Shown: positions 37,825-51,120, counted from the stretch's first letter. The stretch: 52,624 nt of DNA from Octopus bimaculoides (GCF_001194135.2 NC_068984.1:122516228-122568851), one strand, 5' to 3'. A program made the numbers and translations. Notes: generated by a model from the letters alone, not told the origin.

Positions 37825-38592
37825 NNNNNNNNNNNNNNNNNNNNNNNNNNNNNNNNNNNNNNNNNNNNNNNNNNNNNNNNNNNNNNNNNNNNNNNNNNNN
37901 NNNNNNNNNNNNNNNNNNNNNNNNNNNNNNNNNNNNNNNNNNNNNNNNNNNNNNNNNNNNNNNNNNNNNNNNNNNNNNNNNNNNNNNNNNNNNNNNNNNN
38001 NNNNNNNNNNNNNNNNNNNNNNNNNNNNNNNNNNNNNNNNNNNNNNNNNNNNNNNNNNNNNNNNNNNNNNNNNNNNNNNNNNNNNNNNNNNNNNNNNNNN
38101 NNNNNNNNNNNNNNNNNNNNNNNNNNNNNNNNNNNNNNNNNNNNNNNNNNNNNNNNNNNNNNNNNNNNNNNNNNNNNNNNNNNNNNNNNNNNNNNNNNNN
38201 NNNNNNNNNNNNNNNNNNNNNNNNNNNNNNNNNNNNNNNNNNNNNNNNNNNTGTCGAACAGTGTAGGCCAGAAACGTCAAAGATATTTTCCATTCTTCCC
38301 GAGCATCAAACTAATACATCTGCTTGCAGTTCCACCATCTATCTTCGTCTTTTGTTTTCTGTAAATTGAACTATACACACACACATCTACTGTGGTTTGG
38401 TTGAGTAATAACAATGATCGATATTTCGCCCAGAACATGTTTGCCTTTCATCCCTCCGGTATTGGTATAATAAAGTACCAATCAATTACTGGGGCCAATG
38501 GTATCGACAAACTCGCTTCCCTTAAAAATTTCTGTCCTTGTACCTAAATGAGAAACCATAAGCCATATATTAACAAAGAAGTGAGTAATAAT

Positions 38593-38803
38593 CCTTTCTA
38601 TTAAAGGCACAAAGCCTGAAATTTGGTAGAAGGGGACTAGTCGATTACACCGACCCCAGTGTTTCACTGGTACTTAATTTATCAGCCCCGAAAGGATAAA
38701 AGGTAAAGTCGACCTCGGTGGAATTTGAACTCAGAACGTAAAGACGGACGAAATTCCGCTAGGCATTTCACCCAGCGTGCAAACGGTTCTGCCAGCTCGC
38801 CGC
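38593..38803 (-). mobile_element. Family B SINE
   Basis: Full head to tail; possible TSD agtgagtaataat / agttagcaataat. Confidence 0.88.
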
Positions 38804-38819
38804 ATTAAGAGTTAGCAAT

Positions 38820-39335
38820 AATATCATCAGATATCGTTAAGTTGTTAACTGGCTGTGAACGCCATCATACTGCTGCTTGACTAAGAACATTATAACAAAC
38901 ATATAAAACTACTTGCTTGAGTAAGAACATTTCAAAAGAAGTATATGTCGCTGCTATTTGACTGATTAACAACGTCATAATATATCATAACTACATTCAT
39001 TGGTTTAATAACAATGTTTATACTTATGTTATTTTTAATACAAGAACAACGTCATAATAGATCATACCCATTGATGATAAGCTGAGCGACAACTCTATAT
39101 ATAAAGTAACAATGTCTTACTACATTTGATTGGCTGTGTAACTACGCCATAATAGAACAAAACTACTGTTGATCGGTTAATAACGTCATAATATAAAATT
39201 CATTGTTGTTGACTGGCTCCGACGTAATAGAAATTAACTATAATTGATTGTCTCAGTACCAACACCATAGTATATCATGACTACTATCGACTTGCTGTCG
39301 AAGCATATATCATCACTATTTTTTGATTGGCTGAG
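38820..39335 (+). repeat. Degenerate tandem array with a unit of about 40-45 bp
   Basis: Recurring ttgattggct..aacaacgtcataata..taactac motif. Confidence 0.6.
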
Positions 39336-40494
39336 AAATAATCGTTTCTGATGTAAGTACAAGGCTAACAATATTTTGAGCGGAAGAGGCGGTTAGTTGA
39401 TTATATCAACCCTAGTAACTGCCTGATACTCTATTTTATTGATCCTGAAAAGATGAAAGGTAATGTTAACCTCGGTGTGATTGTACGAAAAAAAAAAATA
39501 AATAAATCCCATAAGACATTTTTTTCCGTCACTCTAACGATTCTGTAAATGTCGTAAATTGTTATATAATTCTATTAATACTTAATTGAGCAAGGTTTTC
39601 ATACATCATACGTATTGATATACAAGCATAGCTAACTTAACTAATTCTCCTTAGATTGAAATAAATGGTGAATAGACTTCAACGAGTGTCGAAGCTTACA
39701 GAGTCCGTATCGGCGATATTTACAGCATTTGATCAGCACATGAGTAACAAGTAGCCGGTCTAGTTATAAACACAACAAATGCATTAACTTCAGAGAACTG
39801 GAACTACTAATTTGCATACTATAAGATATTAAACACTTTGTTTTAATATCAGCAGCCCTTCAACGGGGATCTTACTCCACACAGTATCAAGTTATGCTGT
39901 AATATATGCAAACATATGTAATAGATATAAAAATGTGGCAAATTTAATTATTTTTCCATTGATTAAAAACATGAACAGCCATAATCGATTTTCGAACCTT
40001 AATAAGTTCTCATCAAAGGTGTCTACATCACTTCATATATCATATATCATATACCATATATCTTATACCACATATTATATATCATATATCTCATATATTA
40101 TATATCACATAAATAATGCCGTTTGAGTAACAACGTCATTCTATTTTTGATTTTGAATCAACGGAGGAGTTTTGAGTAGTGAGAGGAGGAGGTGGAGACG
40201 GATGAAGGGAAGCACGCATGGTCAATGCAACTCTTGGATTGGAGGTGGATAGGGTGACCGGGTCGATGTGAATGATGTTCACCTTGGACTTGTATGGGTT
40301 GAATCTTAATAGAGAAAGAATAGGAAATCCAGAAGATTATAATTATGGAAAGAAATGAAGGAAACGCGTTTAGTATGAAATGGGAGTAAAAATGCCTATT
40401 TCCTTCTTAACTGCTCATTAAGATATCAATCTGAACAACCAACTATTACTACTTCTCACAGTTCGTATTCATAAATTTGCTGTTGATGTTATCG

Positions 40495-41045
40495 TTGCTA
40501 TTGTTGCTTAGTCCCAAAGTCAACCCTTGTCAAGGAAACCTATGATAAAAGTTGTTAAAGCCACTACCATCCCATCTTTCTTGTAGACAATGCCTCCATA
40601 GCTTACAATATTTAATGTGTACTTCCGTTTTTTAAGACATTAAAGTATGATTTTAAATGCCTTTTCTACTATTCCAAGTGATCGAGCGAGCGCTATGAGT
40701 CTACTTCGCTAGCATGTAAACTGGAAGATCATTTTTGAATGGCTCTCATGTAGACAAACTTGATATCATCTCTCTCTCTCATCTAGGTCGTCTCGTAGGA
40801 CGCCCCAAAATTTAATATTAGAAATTCATAATTTGACTTTTGTTCTTACTGTTGTTGCTATTTAGCTTCGAATTAACTCTGATGAGACATGTATATATTC
40901 AAAAGCGTTTTATCTTTGAATTTTTCGCTTTTCTTCAGACAGTCTGCCCCGAACAACTTGATCTAACATGTCCTTTTTCTTTTAAGTCGGTGTAGTGTGA
41001 TTAAATAGAGATTTGGTTACTTATTGTAGCAGGTCAAGCAAACTT
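40495..41045 (+). repeat. Two decayed copies of an unclassified dispersed repeat, with a further fragment near 43790-43870 on the minus strand
   Basis: Similar gttgttgc(t)..tag..(c)t..atc/..ttttaagac..tgatt blocks at 40495-40700 and 40855-41045. Confidence 0.35.
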
Positions 41046-41160
41046 GTGGTGTTTCACTGGTTGGTTCACTGTTCGTTGAATTGTAGGGGTAGAGTTTCTG
41101 TCTTCTTCAATTAAATTCTGCCAGAGGTCTTTTTATCACTGACGTTTCTCTTACATAAAT

Positions 41161-41547
41161 TGTTGTTGTTGGCACTCCGTCACTTACGACGTCGAGGGTT
41201 CCAGTTGATCCGATCAACGGAACAGCCTGCTCGTGAAATTAACGTGCAAGTGGCTGAGCACTCCACAGACACGTGTACCCTTAACATAACTCTCGGGGAT
41301 ATTCAGCGTGACACAGTGTAACAAGGCTGACCCTTTGAATTACAGGCACAACAGAAACAGGAAGTAAGAGTGAGAGAAAGTTGTGGTGAAAGAGTACAGC
41401 AGGGTTCGCCACCATCCCCTGCCGGAGCCTCGTGGAGTTTTAGGTGTTTTCGCTCAATAAACACTCACAACGCCCGGTCTGGGAATCGAAACCGCGATCC
41501 TATGACGGCGAGTCCGCTGCCCTAACCACTGGGCCATTGCGCCTCCA
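41161..41547 (-). mobile_element. Full-length tRNA SINE with its own head and body, the family A tail, and a 13-bp TSD
   Basis: Head ggcgcaatggcccagtggttagggc...ggtttcgattccc; (AAC)n tail; exact TSD ctcttacataaat at 41148-60 and 41548-60. Confidence 0.92.
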
Positions 41548-42424
41548 CTCTTACATAAATAATTACATCACAACAAACTGTAGGCCATTCTAGAGAAGGC
41601 TCAATGAAAGAAACTCCTCTAAATTCTGAAAAATCAATTCTCAAAAATTCATTGATTTGGAATATTTTAATGTAGAAAAAGTATCTTAATTTGCTTGTTT
41701 TGCTTGTTGTTTGTCCACCCCCACCTCCGTTTGTTTGTTTGCTTGTTTGTTTGTTTGTTTGTTTGTTTGTTTGTATGCTCTTTCTGAACATCACGAGGAT
41801 ATTTTCCAAATGAGAATACTCGACGTATAGGTAAATGGCGGAGCGGTACAGTGGATTTTACAATCAGAAAACACGTAATTTGAGATAAGTTGGATTATGC
41901 ACTGAGTGACTTGACACTGCGAAGAACCTCCGTAATGGATATCGTATTCATTGATAAAAGAAATCTAGGTCGTGATTTTTAAGTGCAACTCCAAACGAAG
42001 AGGGAGGTCTTACCCACAATCCATAGTTGCACAGGTATTTCACTTTACAAATATTGAAATGAGGATCAAATGAAGAATAGGGAAAGTAATCCTGGTTAAC
42101 TTATATTCAACTCCAATTAAATTTGCGGATTACAATTGAGTTTTGAACTGCGTTGCAAATACCTTAAGTAATCACATGAACTTGACATATTAGCGTCCTT
42201 CCTCTTTCTAAAGCGATAACCTTCTATTATGAAAGATTATGTAAATTATTCGATACTAGGTCGTTATCTGTCGCTACGCTGCCCGTAAAAATATTTGTTA
42301 ATCTTGCACATAGCGGGCTTTTAATAGTAGATTGTTATATAGTGAAAGTCCCGTTAGTTACCACGGTGACAACAGTCTACCTAACAACTTATCTTTCACC
42401 CGCGCACATATACACGCACGCACG

Positions 42425-42469
<45 letters not shown>

Positions 42470-43404
42470 NNNNNNNNNNNNNNNNNNNNNNNNNNNNNNN
42501 NNNNNNNNNNNNNNNNNNNNNNNNNNNNNNNNNNNNNNNNNNNNNNNNNNNNNNNNNNNNNNNNNNNNNNNNNNNNNNNNNNNNNNNNNNNNNNNNNNNN
42601 NNNNNNNNNNNNNNNNNNNNNNNNNNNNNNNNNNNNNNNNNNNNNNNNNNNNNNNNNNNNNNNNNNNNNNNNNNNNNNNNNNNNNNNNNNNNNNNNNNNN
42701 NNNNNNNNNNNNNNNNNNNNNNNNNNNNNNNNNNNNNNNNNNNNNNNNNNNNNNNNNNNNNNNNNNNNNNNNNNNNNNNNNNNNNNNNNNNNNNNNNNNN
42801 NNNNNNNNNNNNNNNNNNNNNNNNNNNNNNNNNNNNNNNNNNNNNNNNNNNNNNNNNNNNNNNNNNNNNNNNNNNNNNNNNNNNNNNNNNNNNNNNNNNN
42901 NNNNNNNNNNNNNNNNNNNNNNNNNNNNNNNNNNNNNNNNNNNNNNNNNNNNNNNNNNNNNNNNNNNNNNNNNNNNNNNNNNNNNNNNNNNNNNNNNNNN
43001 NNNNNNNNNNNNNNNNNNNNNNNNNNNNNNNNNNNNNNNNNNNNNNNNNNNNNNNNNNNNNNNNNNNNNNNNNNNNNNNNNNNNNNNNNNNNNNNNNNNN
43101 NNNNNNNNNNNNNNNNNNNNNNNNNNNNNNNNNNNNNNNNNNNNNNNNNNNNNNNNNNNNNNNNATAACTTGCTCTACGAAAGATTATGTAAATTATTCG
43201 ATATTGAAGCGGATATTTTAACCTTTCACACAACCATCAAGTTTGACAAATAGACCCCTATGGCATATACAGTGTACCGTTACCACACGCCTAAGAAGGG
43301 TCCTCTTATGCATAGGCACGACACGCTACAAATTGCAGCCAAATGTTTCTCAAACCACACACTTCCCTACTAAAACAAACTTAAGGGACACATTGTTAAT
43401 GTGT

Positions 43405-43406
43405 GT

Positions 43407-43443
<37 letters not shown>

Positions 43444-43520
43444 GGTGGTGGTGGTGGTGCTAGTGGTAGTAATAGTAGTACTAGTAGTAGTAGTAGCAGC
43501 AGCAGTAGTGGTAGTAACAG
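43405..43520 (+). repeat. (AGT)n/(GGT)n microsatellite
   Basis: Directly visible. Confidence 0.95.
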
Positions 43521-44119
43521 TGCGTCACTGCATCTATTATTTGTTGGTGATTCCTTACTCCTGGCGGATGGCCCCTTTGCACCACTCAGGCGACAGCCCT
43601 CCATCCCATGCATCTGATTGGGCTGTCGTCGCAGGTGAGGGTTCTGTGAAGTCGGCGTACAATTCCTACTTCAACCTCTTTTAGTCCTCTTTTACGAGAC
43701 GCAGAGGAAACGTTGTGTCTATTCTTTGACATGCTGGTCCCCCATACAATACAAAGTATGTTAGACAATCCTAAAAGCAACGGGATGGCTATGTATCCCA
43801 AGATAGTCCTAATAACGAGAGAATGGTCAAGTGATTTCGATCAGAGCTGACCTGCGGTTAAACAAGTTCAGTTTTTAAATGAACAACTAGAGGTCGACTA
43901 AGATTGATATCCACTAATTTTTGATAAATTTAATTTCAAATGAGAGACAAAAATCAATCTTTATTATCTACATTACTGTGTATAATTTATACTTAATTGA
44001 AAATAGAGAAAAAAGGTAGCTAAATCAATAGTTGTTATGGTATCCATAGTAACTATTGAACTAAAATAGTATAAAATTTGGTGTAGCTCTTTCAGCAAGA
44101 AGCTTCTGTACGGCAATGG

Positions 44120-45330
44120 AAGTAATAGACAGAAACTGAACCGATATGATTATAACAGTGGACAGAAACTGCACACACATGATTACAATAGAGAAAGGAA
44201 CTATATATACATGGTTCCAATTTAGATAGAAACTGTTATAGAAACGGAAACTATACAGTTGTAACTATACTATATACAGAAACAGTTCAGATGTGATTGT
44301 AATATAAGCAGAAGCTGTACAGTTGTGAGTGTTATATAAACAGGAACTATATAGAGGCGGCTGTAATATAGACAGACACTGTACAGATGTGACTGTAACA
44401 GTAGGTAGAGACTATTTAGAGATGACTGTAATGTAGACAGAAACTGTACGGATGAGACTATACTAGTAGACAGAAACTGTATATAGATAAGGCGGCGAGC
44501 TGGCAGAATCGTTAGCACGCCGGGCGAAATGCTTAGCGGTATTTCGTCTGCCGTTACGTTCTGAGTTCAAATTCTGTCGAGGTCGACTTTGCCTTTCATC
44601 CTTTCGGGGTCGGCAAATTAAGTACCAGCTATGTACTGAGGTCGATGTAATCGACTTAATCCTTTTGTCTGTCCTTGTTTGTCTTCTCTATGCTTGGCCC
44701 CTTGTGGGCAATAAAGAAATAAGAAACTGTATACAGATGACTGTAATAGAGTCAAAAACTATACAGCCATGACTGTAACAAGGACAGAAACTGTACAGCT
44801 GTAACAGTAATATGCGGAGAAATTGTACAGCTGTGGTAGTTTAAAACATCAATTGACAGCTTTGACTATATTATAGACAGAAACTGCACTGTCATTTAGG
44901 CAAAAACTGTACAACTTTTTTACGTTAAAGAAACTACATATATGACTGCTGCTTACAGACGTTACTCTAATACAGAGAATCTGCACAAATGTAACTGTAA
45001 TATGAATTGAAATTGTACAAGGGTACATATAATACAGACAGGATTTCTACATGTGAAACTGTCATACAGAAACTGTACACTTATGACCGTGCAAGATGCA
45101 GAAACTCTGGAGTTGTGGTTATAACACACGCAGAAGCTGTACAGGTGTGACTTCTAATACACAGAAATTGTATTGATGTAACTAATACAGACAGAAATTG
45201 TACATATGTAACTGTAATACTGAGGAAAATTGTACACTTATAATTGTTAATACAGGCGGCAATTGTAGAAGTGTAACACAGAGAAAAATTAGTACAGTTA
45301 GGACTGCAATACTGACCGAAACTGTACATC
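44120..45330 (+). repeat. Degenerate minisatellite with a unit of about 29 bp (gacagaaactgtacagatgtgactgtaata-like)
   Basis: The agaaactgta motif recurs at a spacing of about 30 bp; interrupted by a SINE. Confidence 0.85.
44491..44721 (+). mobile_element. Young full-length family B SINE inserted in the minisatellite
   Basis: Near-identical to 8374-8605; flanked by agaaactgtatatagat and agaaactgtatacagat. Confidence 0.92.
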
Positions 45331-45649
45331 AATTCAATGCAATCTGTAATGGGACATAAGTTCTACCACTTAGCTTTTAGTTACACAATCAGAATAAATA
45401 TAGCTTTAGTTGCATAATCAGAATAAATATTGATTAACAAGACAAAATTTTTATTAAATTTTATATACATATAAGGTCAGTGTTTATCTATTTTCTGTTA
45501 ATGCTTCCGGCACCTCTTCATATGTCCTTATTTATCTATTCTCCTTAATCCGCCTCCTGCATCTGCATAGACTGTCAGTATTTGTCTATTTTCTATTAAT
45601 CCTTCTCTAATCATTACGTACGTATTCCGTATTAGTCTATTTTATATTA

Positions 45650-46250
45650 GTTTTCCCAGCGTCCTTTGACAGCTGTCAGATCCTACTTGAAGGTTTCGAC
45701 ACCACATGGCTTATGATCTTCCTTGGCTTCTTATTTCTGTTGATATCCAACTCTGGGCTGCTTTTGTATACCAAAGACCTGGCTTCCACAGGAGTAACCA
45801 TCCTAGCTACATTCTTCGTTCCGTTATCATTTCACGGAGTCTTCGAGATAATGCTCTTGTTAAGACTTCTTCATTTCTTATATGATTATTGAACGAAATT
45901 CTCAGGATTTTCTTTAAATACTTTTCGTAAAAGGCACCCGTCGTTTTTGGTGATTTTCGCAGTTTTCTTCGATATTTTGCTTGGTAATACGATGGTATAA
46001 TACTGGTAAATCTTGATATTAATGTTCAGTGAATCCACGGAGCAGATTTTGTACATTCGTTTAAATAATATCTCCTTTCCTATTCTACATTTGACGTCGA
46101 TTTCCATCATTGCCCAGAACACTTCCAAGATCCGCTAACCGATTCACAGCTAAGGCACTCAGGTCTTCAGCCACCGACGTGGTGTCACGTGTTTCTTGCC
46201 CTGTCTCCATGACCTTCTTCTTTACGTTCCTTCTCCGTCAAGTTTTCTTA
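45650..46250 (-). mobile_element. RTE-clade LINE RT C-terminal remnant
   Basis: DLGSVLGNDG, IDVKCRIG, LNINIKI and EEVLTRA..RRLREMITERRM resemble the C-terminus of RTE/BovB RT. Confidence 0.65.
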
Positions 46251-47164
46251 GCCCAGTGTTCTTCAATTCACTCACTTGTAAACGTCTCTGGATCCTGTCA
46301 ACAATGCAATATTATCATTTTTCATTACAAAGTGCTATATCAATGTATGTGCTCAGTATTTATATTTTTCACTATTAATTATTACAGCTTCACATGTGGT
46401 CAATAATTGAATATATCTCATACGCTTAATTATTATATGTACATATATGGTCAGCATTGTCTCTATTTTACGCTACTCGTTATTATAAGTACAAACGCGG
46501 TCAATATTTTATTATTTTTTTCTATTGTCTATTATACTCCGCATCGTGTTATTATATATCTCTGTGTGAACATATTTATTTATTGATATCTGATTTCCTT
46601 CTTTTGTGGGTATAGTCCATAGCTCTCTAAGCACAAGAGAATGAATACAGTTGAAATATTACTCTAACTCCAAATAACTTATCTCTTTTTAATTTCGGTA
46701 AGTAAGACTTTTTTTTATCTTGCATACTAACCATAGATAAAAGAAAAACATTTTAATTTCCTATCTTCATTGGTTAACGAGAAACAAGAGCAGACACTCA
46801 GACGAGCAATCAATCAAATATGGTCAAAATGGTGGGTTTTTTTAAGATTATTTATTGTTAGATATGTTGCGTGATGGTAGTTGGAAGGATAGTTATGGTG
46901 TACAATGATATCAAGCAACCAAACATTATTTTAAAAGATTTCCTGAAATACAAGTGTAAAAGAACATATGTATGTATATATGTATGTATGTATGTATGTA
47001 TGTGCATGAATGTATATTTGTATTTCTCTTTCTCATTGGAATCTGTTTATATTCACTGTTTTTGAGTCTCTGACTGCTTTGGTGGTAAGGTTGTAAAATA
47101 AAAAATATTAACAAAGAAAAATAGAACGCTTTGTTCTTCATGTGATCCTTTCCAAAATTATTTA

Positions 47165-48190
47165 CCTCTTAAAATTTAAGAAGAATTTGCTTATTTTATT
47201 TCCCAGATATCGTATTCATCTGAGTGGTATGAATAATAGAGCGACTTTCTATCTCCAAAAATCCAAGTTTAGCCATACTTCAATTCATGGGGGTTACTAC
47301 ATATCCTATTGCTTTAAGCTTCAATAATAATAGTTATAAAGCTGAAAATTTATTTAAGGTTTTGTGAACTCCTCATAAAATGGTCCTAGATATCTTCTTT
47401 CATCAGTGTATTTCTTACAACGCTGATTTCATGTCGGCAGCTAACTTGCACCACAGAGAATGCTTCCATTTTATAGTCCCAATCAACTAACCAAAACGGT
47501 TCCGTTCGAATCTGGTTCCAGTTTCCATGTTCAAGGTCTACAAATATTTATATAACTCATCGATTTCAATGTTTTCATTTTCATTGGTTTTATTTTGTCT
47601 TATTCTTGCAACGGACTAGCGTCCCATCCAAGGGAAGTGGGTGTTGTAATGGAAACCCGGCGAAACTCCGGCCTTATGAATCCTTGGGCTCATGACAAAC
47701 CTAAGTACTAAGTAAGTTTCTTATTCTGTTCCATATTATTCTAGCTATCTCATCATGACCTTCAGCAAACGTATGAACTCGATGACATTCTCTCACAGTT
47801 CGCAAATGGTGTAGCTATAATCTTCAGTTTTGACTTTGCATAATTTATATTTATTGTCATCCGATACTTTTCGACTGTTATTTAGGAAGGAGCATGGTGT
47901 GAATTTCTTCCACCTGGGTTGCACAGAATTAACCTTTAAGATGAGATGTTATAAACTTTCCAGTCCTTCATGCTTGACTTTCATTGTTGTTTATTCCCTC
48001 TATGGGCTGCAGTTTTTATTTCAAAATACAACCTTTTGAGTGAACTCGATTATCTGTTGTCTTTGTTGTGTTGAGTACGATTTTCCAACGTTCCTTGGAG
48101 AGAATTCAATGCCAGCCTGCATTTCTTTTCCTTCTCATATTGTCTTACATTTTTTTCTCAGTTTCCTTAACTATTCTAAGAATGATTTTA
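47165..48190 (-). mobile_element. Second R4/Dong-like LINE remnant (CCHC and RLE region), split by a SINE
   Basis: ITSHLKG*FCATQVEEI, DNKYKLCKVKTEDYSYTICE, HDEIARIIW, DWDYKMEAFSVVQVSC and AKLGF in order. Confidence 0.75.
47608..47705 (+). mobile_element. SINE 3' fragment resembling V-/Meta-domain SINEs
   Basis: gcaacggactagcgtcccatccaaggg...gaaacccgg..ctccggccttatga resembles the recalled GCGATGGACTRGCRTCCCRTCCAGGG motif. Confidence 0.5.
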
Positions 48191-48294
48191 TTTTCGTGTT
48201 CACAAACTTGAACAAGAAATCTATTGGGCTTTTTTTTCTTCTCTCATAGAGATGTTGGTTTGATGTTACAATCCAGGTCTTTCGCGTGTATCTA

Positions 48295-48865
48295 TATGTG
48301 AATATGTGCGGGTGTACATATGTATGTGTGTATGTGTGTGTGCGAATGTATGTGTGAGTGATGTATATGTAAGAGTATTTAAATATATGTAGGCGTGTAC
48401 ATGGATATATATGTATATGTGTATGTATGAATATGCATGAATACGTGTGCATATGTATGTATATATATATATATATATGAACACATACACACATGCACAC
48501 ATACACTCATGTATGTGTAATCCTTTATATGTATGTGTATGCGGGAATATGTATGCATGTGTCTATCTATATGTGTGTGTGTGTTTATATGTACATACAT
48601 ACATAAATATATGCATACACACATACACTCACACACATACCACATTCATACACTTGTAGGTATGTGTACATGCATATGTGCTTGTGAGTGTGTATATGTT
48701 TGCATATAGGTGTATATATTACATGAAAGTATTTGTATGTATATGTATATAAATCTGTTCATGCTTGTACTATATGAGCATATGTATGTGTATATGCTTG
48801 CATATGTATGTGTATATGGTTGTGTGTACGCATGCATGTGTGTGAGTAACTGGTTATGTGCGTGT
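48295..48865. repeat. Degenerate (TG/TA) low-complexity tract
   Basis: Directly visible. Confidence 0.9.
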
Positions 48866-49094
48866 TTGTCAATTAAGGATTAAAAATCAATATAACCCCC
48901 ATATCCTCTACTGGTTTAATGTTTTGGGATCGATCCATACTTGTCTTACTAGCATGACACTTGTTCTGCTACCATCCCAGGTTAACCTGACCCACATCGA
49001 TTGTCACACTAGCATTGCGGTCGGGAGGAAATAGGTTCGATTTCTACCGGTGCTGTCAGTTATTTTTACGTCGTTCCTTTAATACATGAGAAAT

Positions 49095-49640
49095 GGCGGC
49101 AGTGGCGGTGGCGGCGGTAGCAGCGGAGGCGGTGGCAGTGGCAGCGGCAATGTGGGCGGTGATGGCGGCGGCGGCAGTGGCAGTGGCGGTGGCAGCGGTG
49201 GTGGTGGCATCGGNNNNNNNNNNNNNNNNNNNNNNNNNNNNNNNNNNNNNNNNNNNNNNNNNNNNNNNNNNNNNNNNNNNNNNNNNNNNNNNNNNNNNNN
49301 NNNNNNNNNNNNNNNNNNNNNNNNNNNNNNNNNNNNNNNNNNNNNNNNNNNNNNNNNNNNNNNNNNNNNNNNNNNNNNNNNNNNNNNNNNNNNNNNNNNN
49401 NNNNNNNNNNNNNNNGTGGTGGTGATGGTGAGGAAGGTGGTGGTGATGGTGAGGAAGGTGGTGGTGATGGTGAGGAAGGTGGTGGTGGTGGCGGTGGTGA
49501 TATGATAGTAGTGGTGGCATCATGAGTAGTGGAAGTGTTGAAGGTCTTGATAGTGGTGATGTTGGTAGTGAATATGGAGGAGGTGCTTGTAGCTACGGTT
49601 GTGGTAATGGTTGCAGCGGAGATCACTACAGATGTTTTGC
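49095..49640 (+). repeat. (GGC)/(GGT)-type triplet low-complexity region with a gap
   Basis: Directly visible; includes three ggtggtgatggtgaggaa units. Confidence 0.85.
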
Positions 49641-50204
49641 AGTGGCAATTCTAGAAGTTTGACTTTTATAAAAATATTGATTGAAATGCTGGGGATACAC
49701 GTAGTGGTGGTAAAGCTATCTGCTGTTAACGACATTTTTGCAGCGATTACTGGCAGACGACAATTCTCAAAGTGACCAATAACATGCTATATCTTCAGTA
49801 ATCTGTAGAATGAAATATTTATAGAGTGTTTAGTGACAGAAGAGCGTTATATATGGATATAGGGATATAGTGATATAGTTGGCATTTTATAAAGAGATCA
49901 GTCACAGATGAACCTGTACAAATCATCAGTGGCACGACATTTATATAGTGATATAATGATGTAGTTGACAATTATATAGGAACCAGTCGGAGATGGAGTT
50001 ATACAGTCATCAGTAACTCGACACTTATGTAGTGATGTAATGATATAGCTGACATTTATACAAAGATCAATCGCAGATGGAATTATACAGTCATCAGAGA
50101 GATGAAATTTATATAGAGATATAGTGATATTGTTTGGCATTTATACAAAGATCAATCACAGATGAAATTATACAGTCATTAGTAGAACAATATATAGTCG
50201 CAAT

Positions 50205-50350
50205 GTTCGCAGTTCAAATTTCGCCGAGGTCGACTTTGCCTTTCATCCTTTCGGGGTCGATAAATTAAGTATCAGTGAAACACTGTGGTCGATATAATTG
50301 GCCAGTCCCCTCCCCATAAATTTCAGGCCTTGTGCCTATAGTAGAAAGAA
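50205..50350 (+). mobile_element. 5'-truncated family B SINE with tail variant 2
   Basis: gttcaaatttcgccgaggtcgactttgcc...gtagaaagaa. Confidence 0.85.
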
Positions 50351-50402
50351 GTAGTGATCGTTGACAGATGACACTTTTGACACATCAATTAAATCTACAT
50401 CT

Positions 50403-51120
50403 CTTATTTTTTACTTGTTTCAGGTATTGGTCTGCAGCAATGCTGGGGTACCACCTCGAAAGGCTTTAATCAAATAAACCCACCTCGGTACTTATTCATT
50501 TATTTACTTTTACGAGTTTGGTTCTTATTCTTATTTCTTTATTGCCCACAAGGGGCTAAACATAGAGGGGACAAACAAGGACAGGCAAAGGGATTAAGTC
50601 GATTACATCGACCACAGTACTTGACTGGTACTTAATTTATCGAACCCGAAAGGATGAAAGGCAAAGTCGACCTCGGCGGAATTTGAACTCAGAACGTAAC
50701 GGCAGACGAAATACCGCTAGGCATTTCACCCGGCGTGCTAACGTTTCTGCCAGCTCGCGGTTTGGTTCTTATTCTATCGATGATTTTTGTCGAACTGCTA
50801 GTAGACAAGGACGTAAAAAAATTAACACCGATTGTCAAGTGGTGGGGTGGAGACAAACATATAAATACATACACACACATATGACGGGCTTCCATACAGT
50901 TTCCATTCACCGACGCTATGGTAGAAATCACTTGCCTAAGATGTTGCTGAACAGGAAACCACGAGGCTGAGCCTACTCATACCAAATTCATTCATAACGG
51001 ATTATTCGGCCTGGGTCTATAGTAGAAAACACTTTCTCAAGGTACCACGCAGTGGAACTAGAGCCGAAACTTCGTGGCTGCAAAGCGACTTTCGCCACTA
51101 CACAGCTATGCTTGTGCTTA
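50403..51120 (-). mobile_element. Family CD SINE interrupted by a family B SINE
   Basis: Tail at 50403-50530 resumes at 50760; head at about 50890-51120. Confidence 0.8.
50531..50759 (-). mobile_element. Family B SINE with an exact 15-bp TSD
   Basis: gtttggttcttattc at 50516-50530 and 50760-50774. Confidence 0.93.

Noticed and set aside
47395-47410. Minus-strand CTGATGA
   Set aside because: It is part of the R4-like LINE coding sequence (TLMKE).
49920-50100. Several minus-strand CTGATGA in the tandem array
   Set aside because: No GAAA half or stems; it is just part of the repeat unit.
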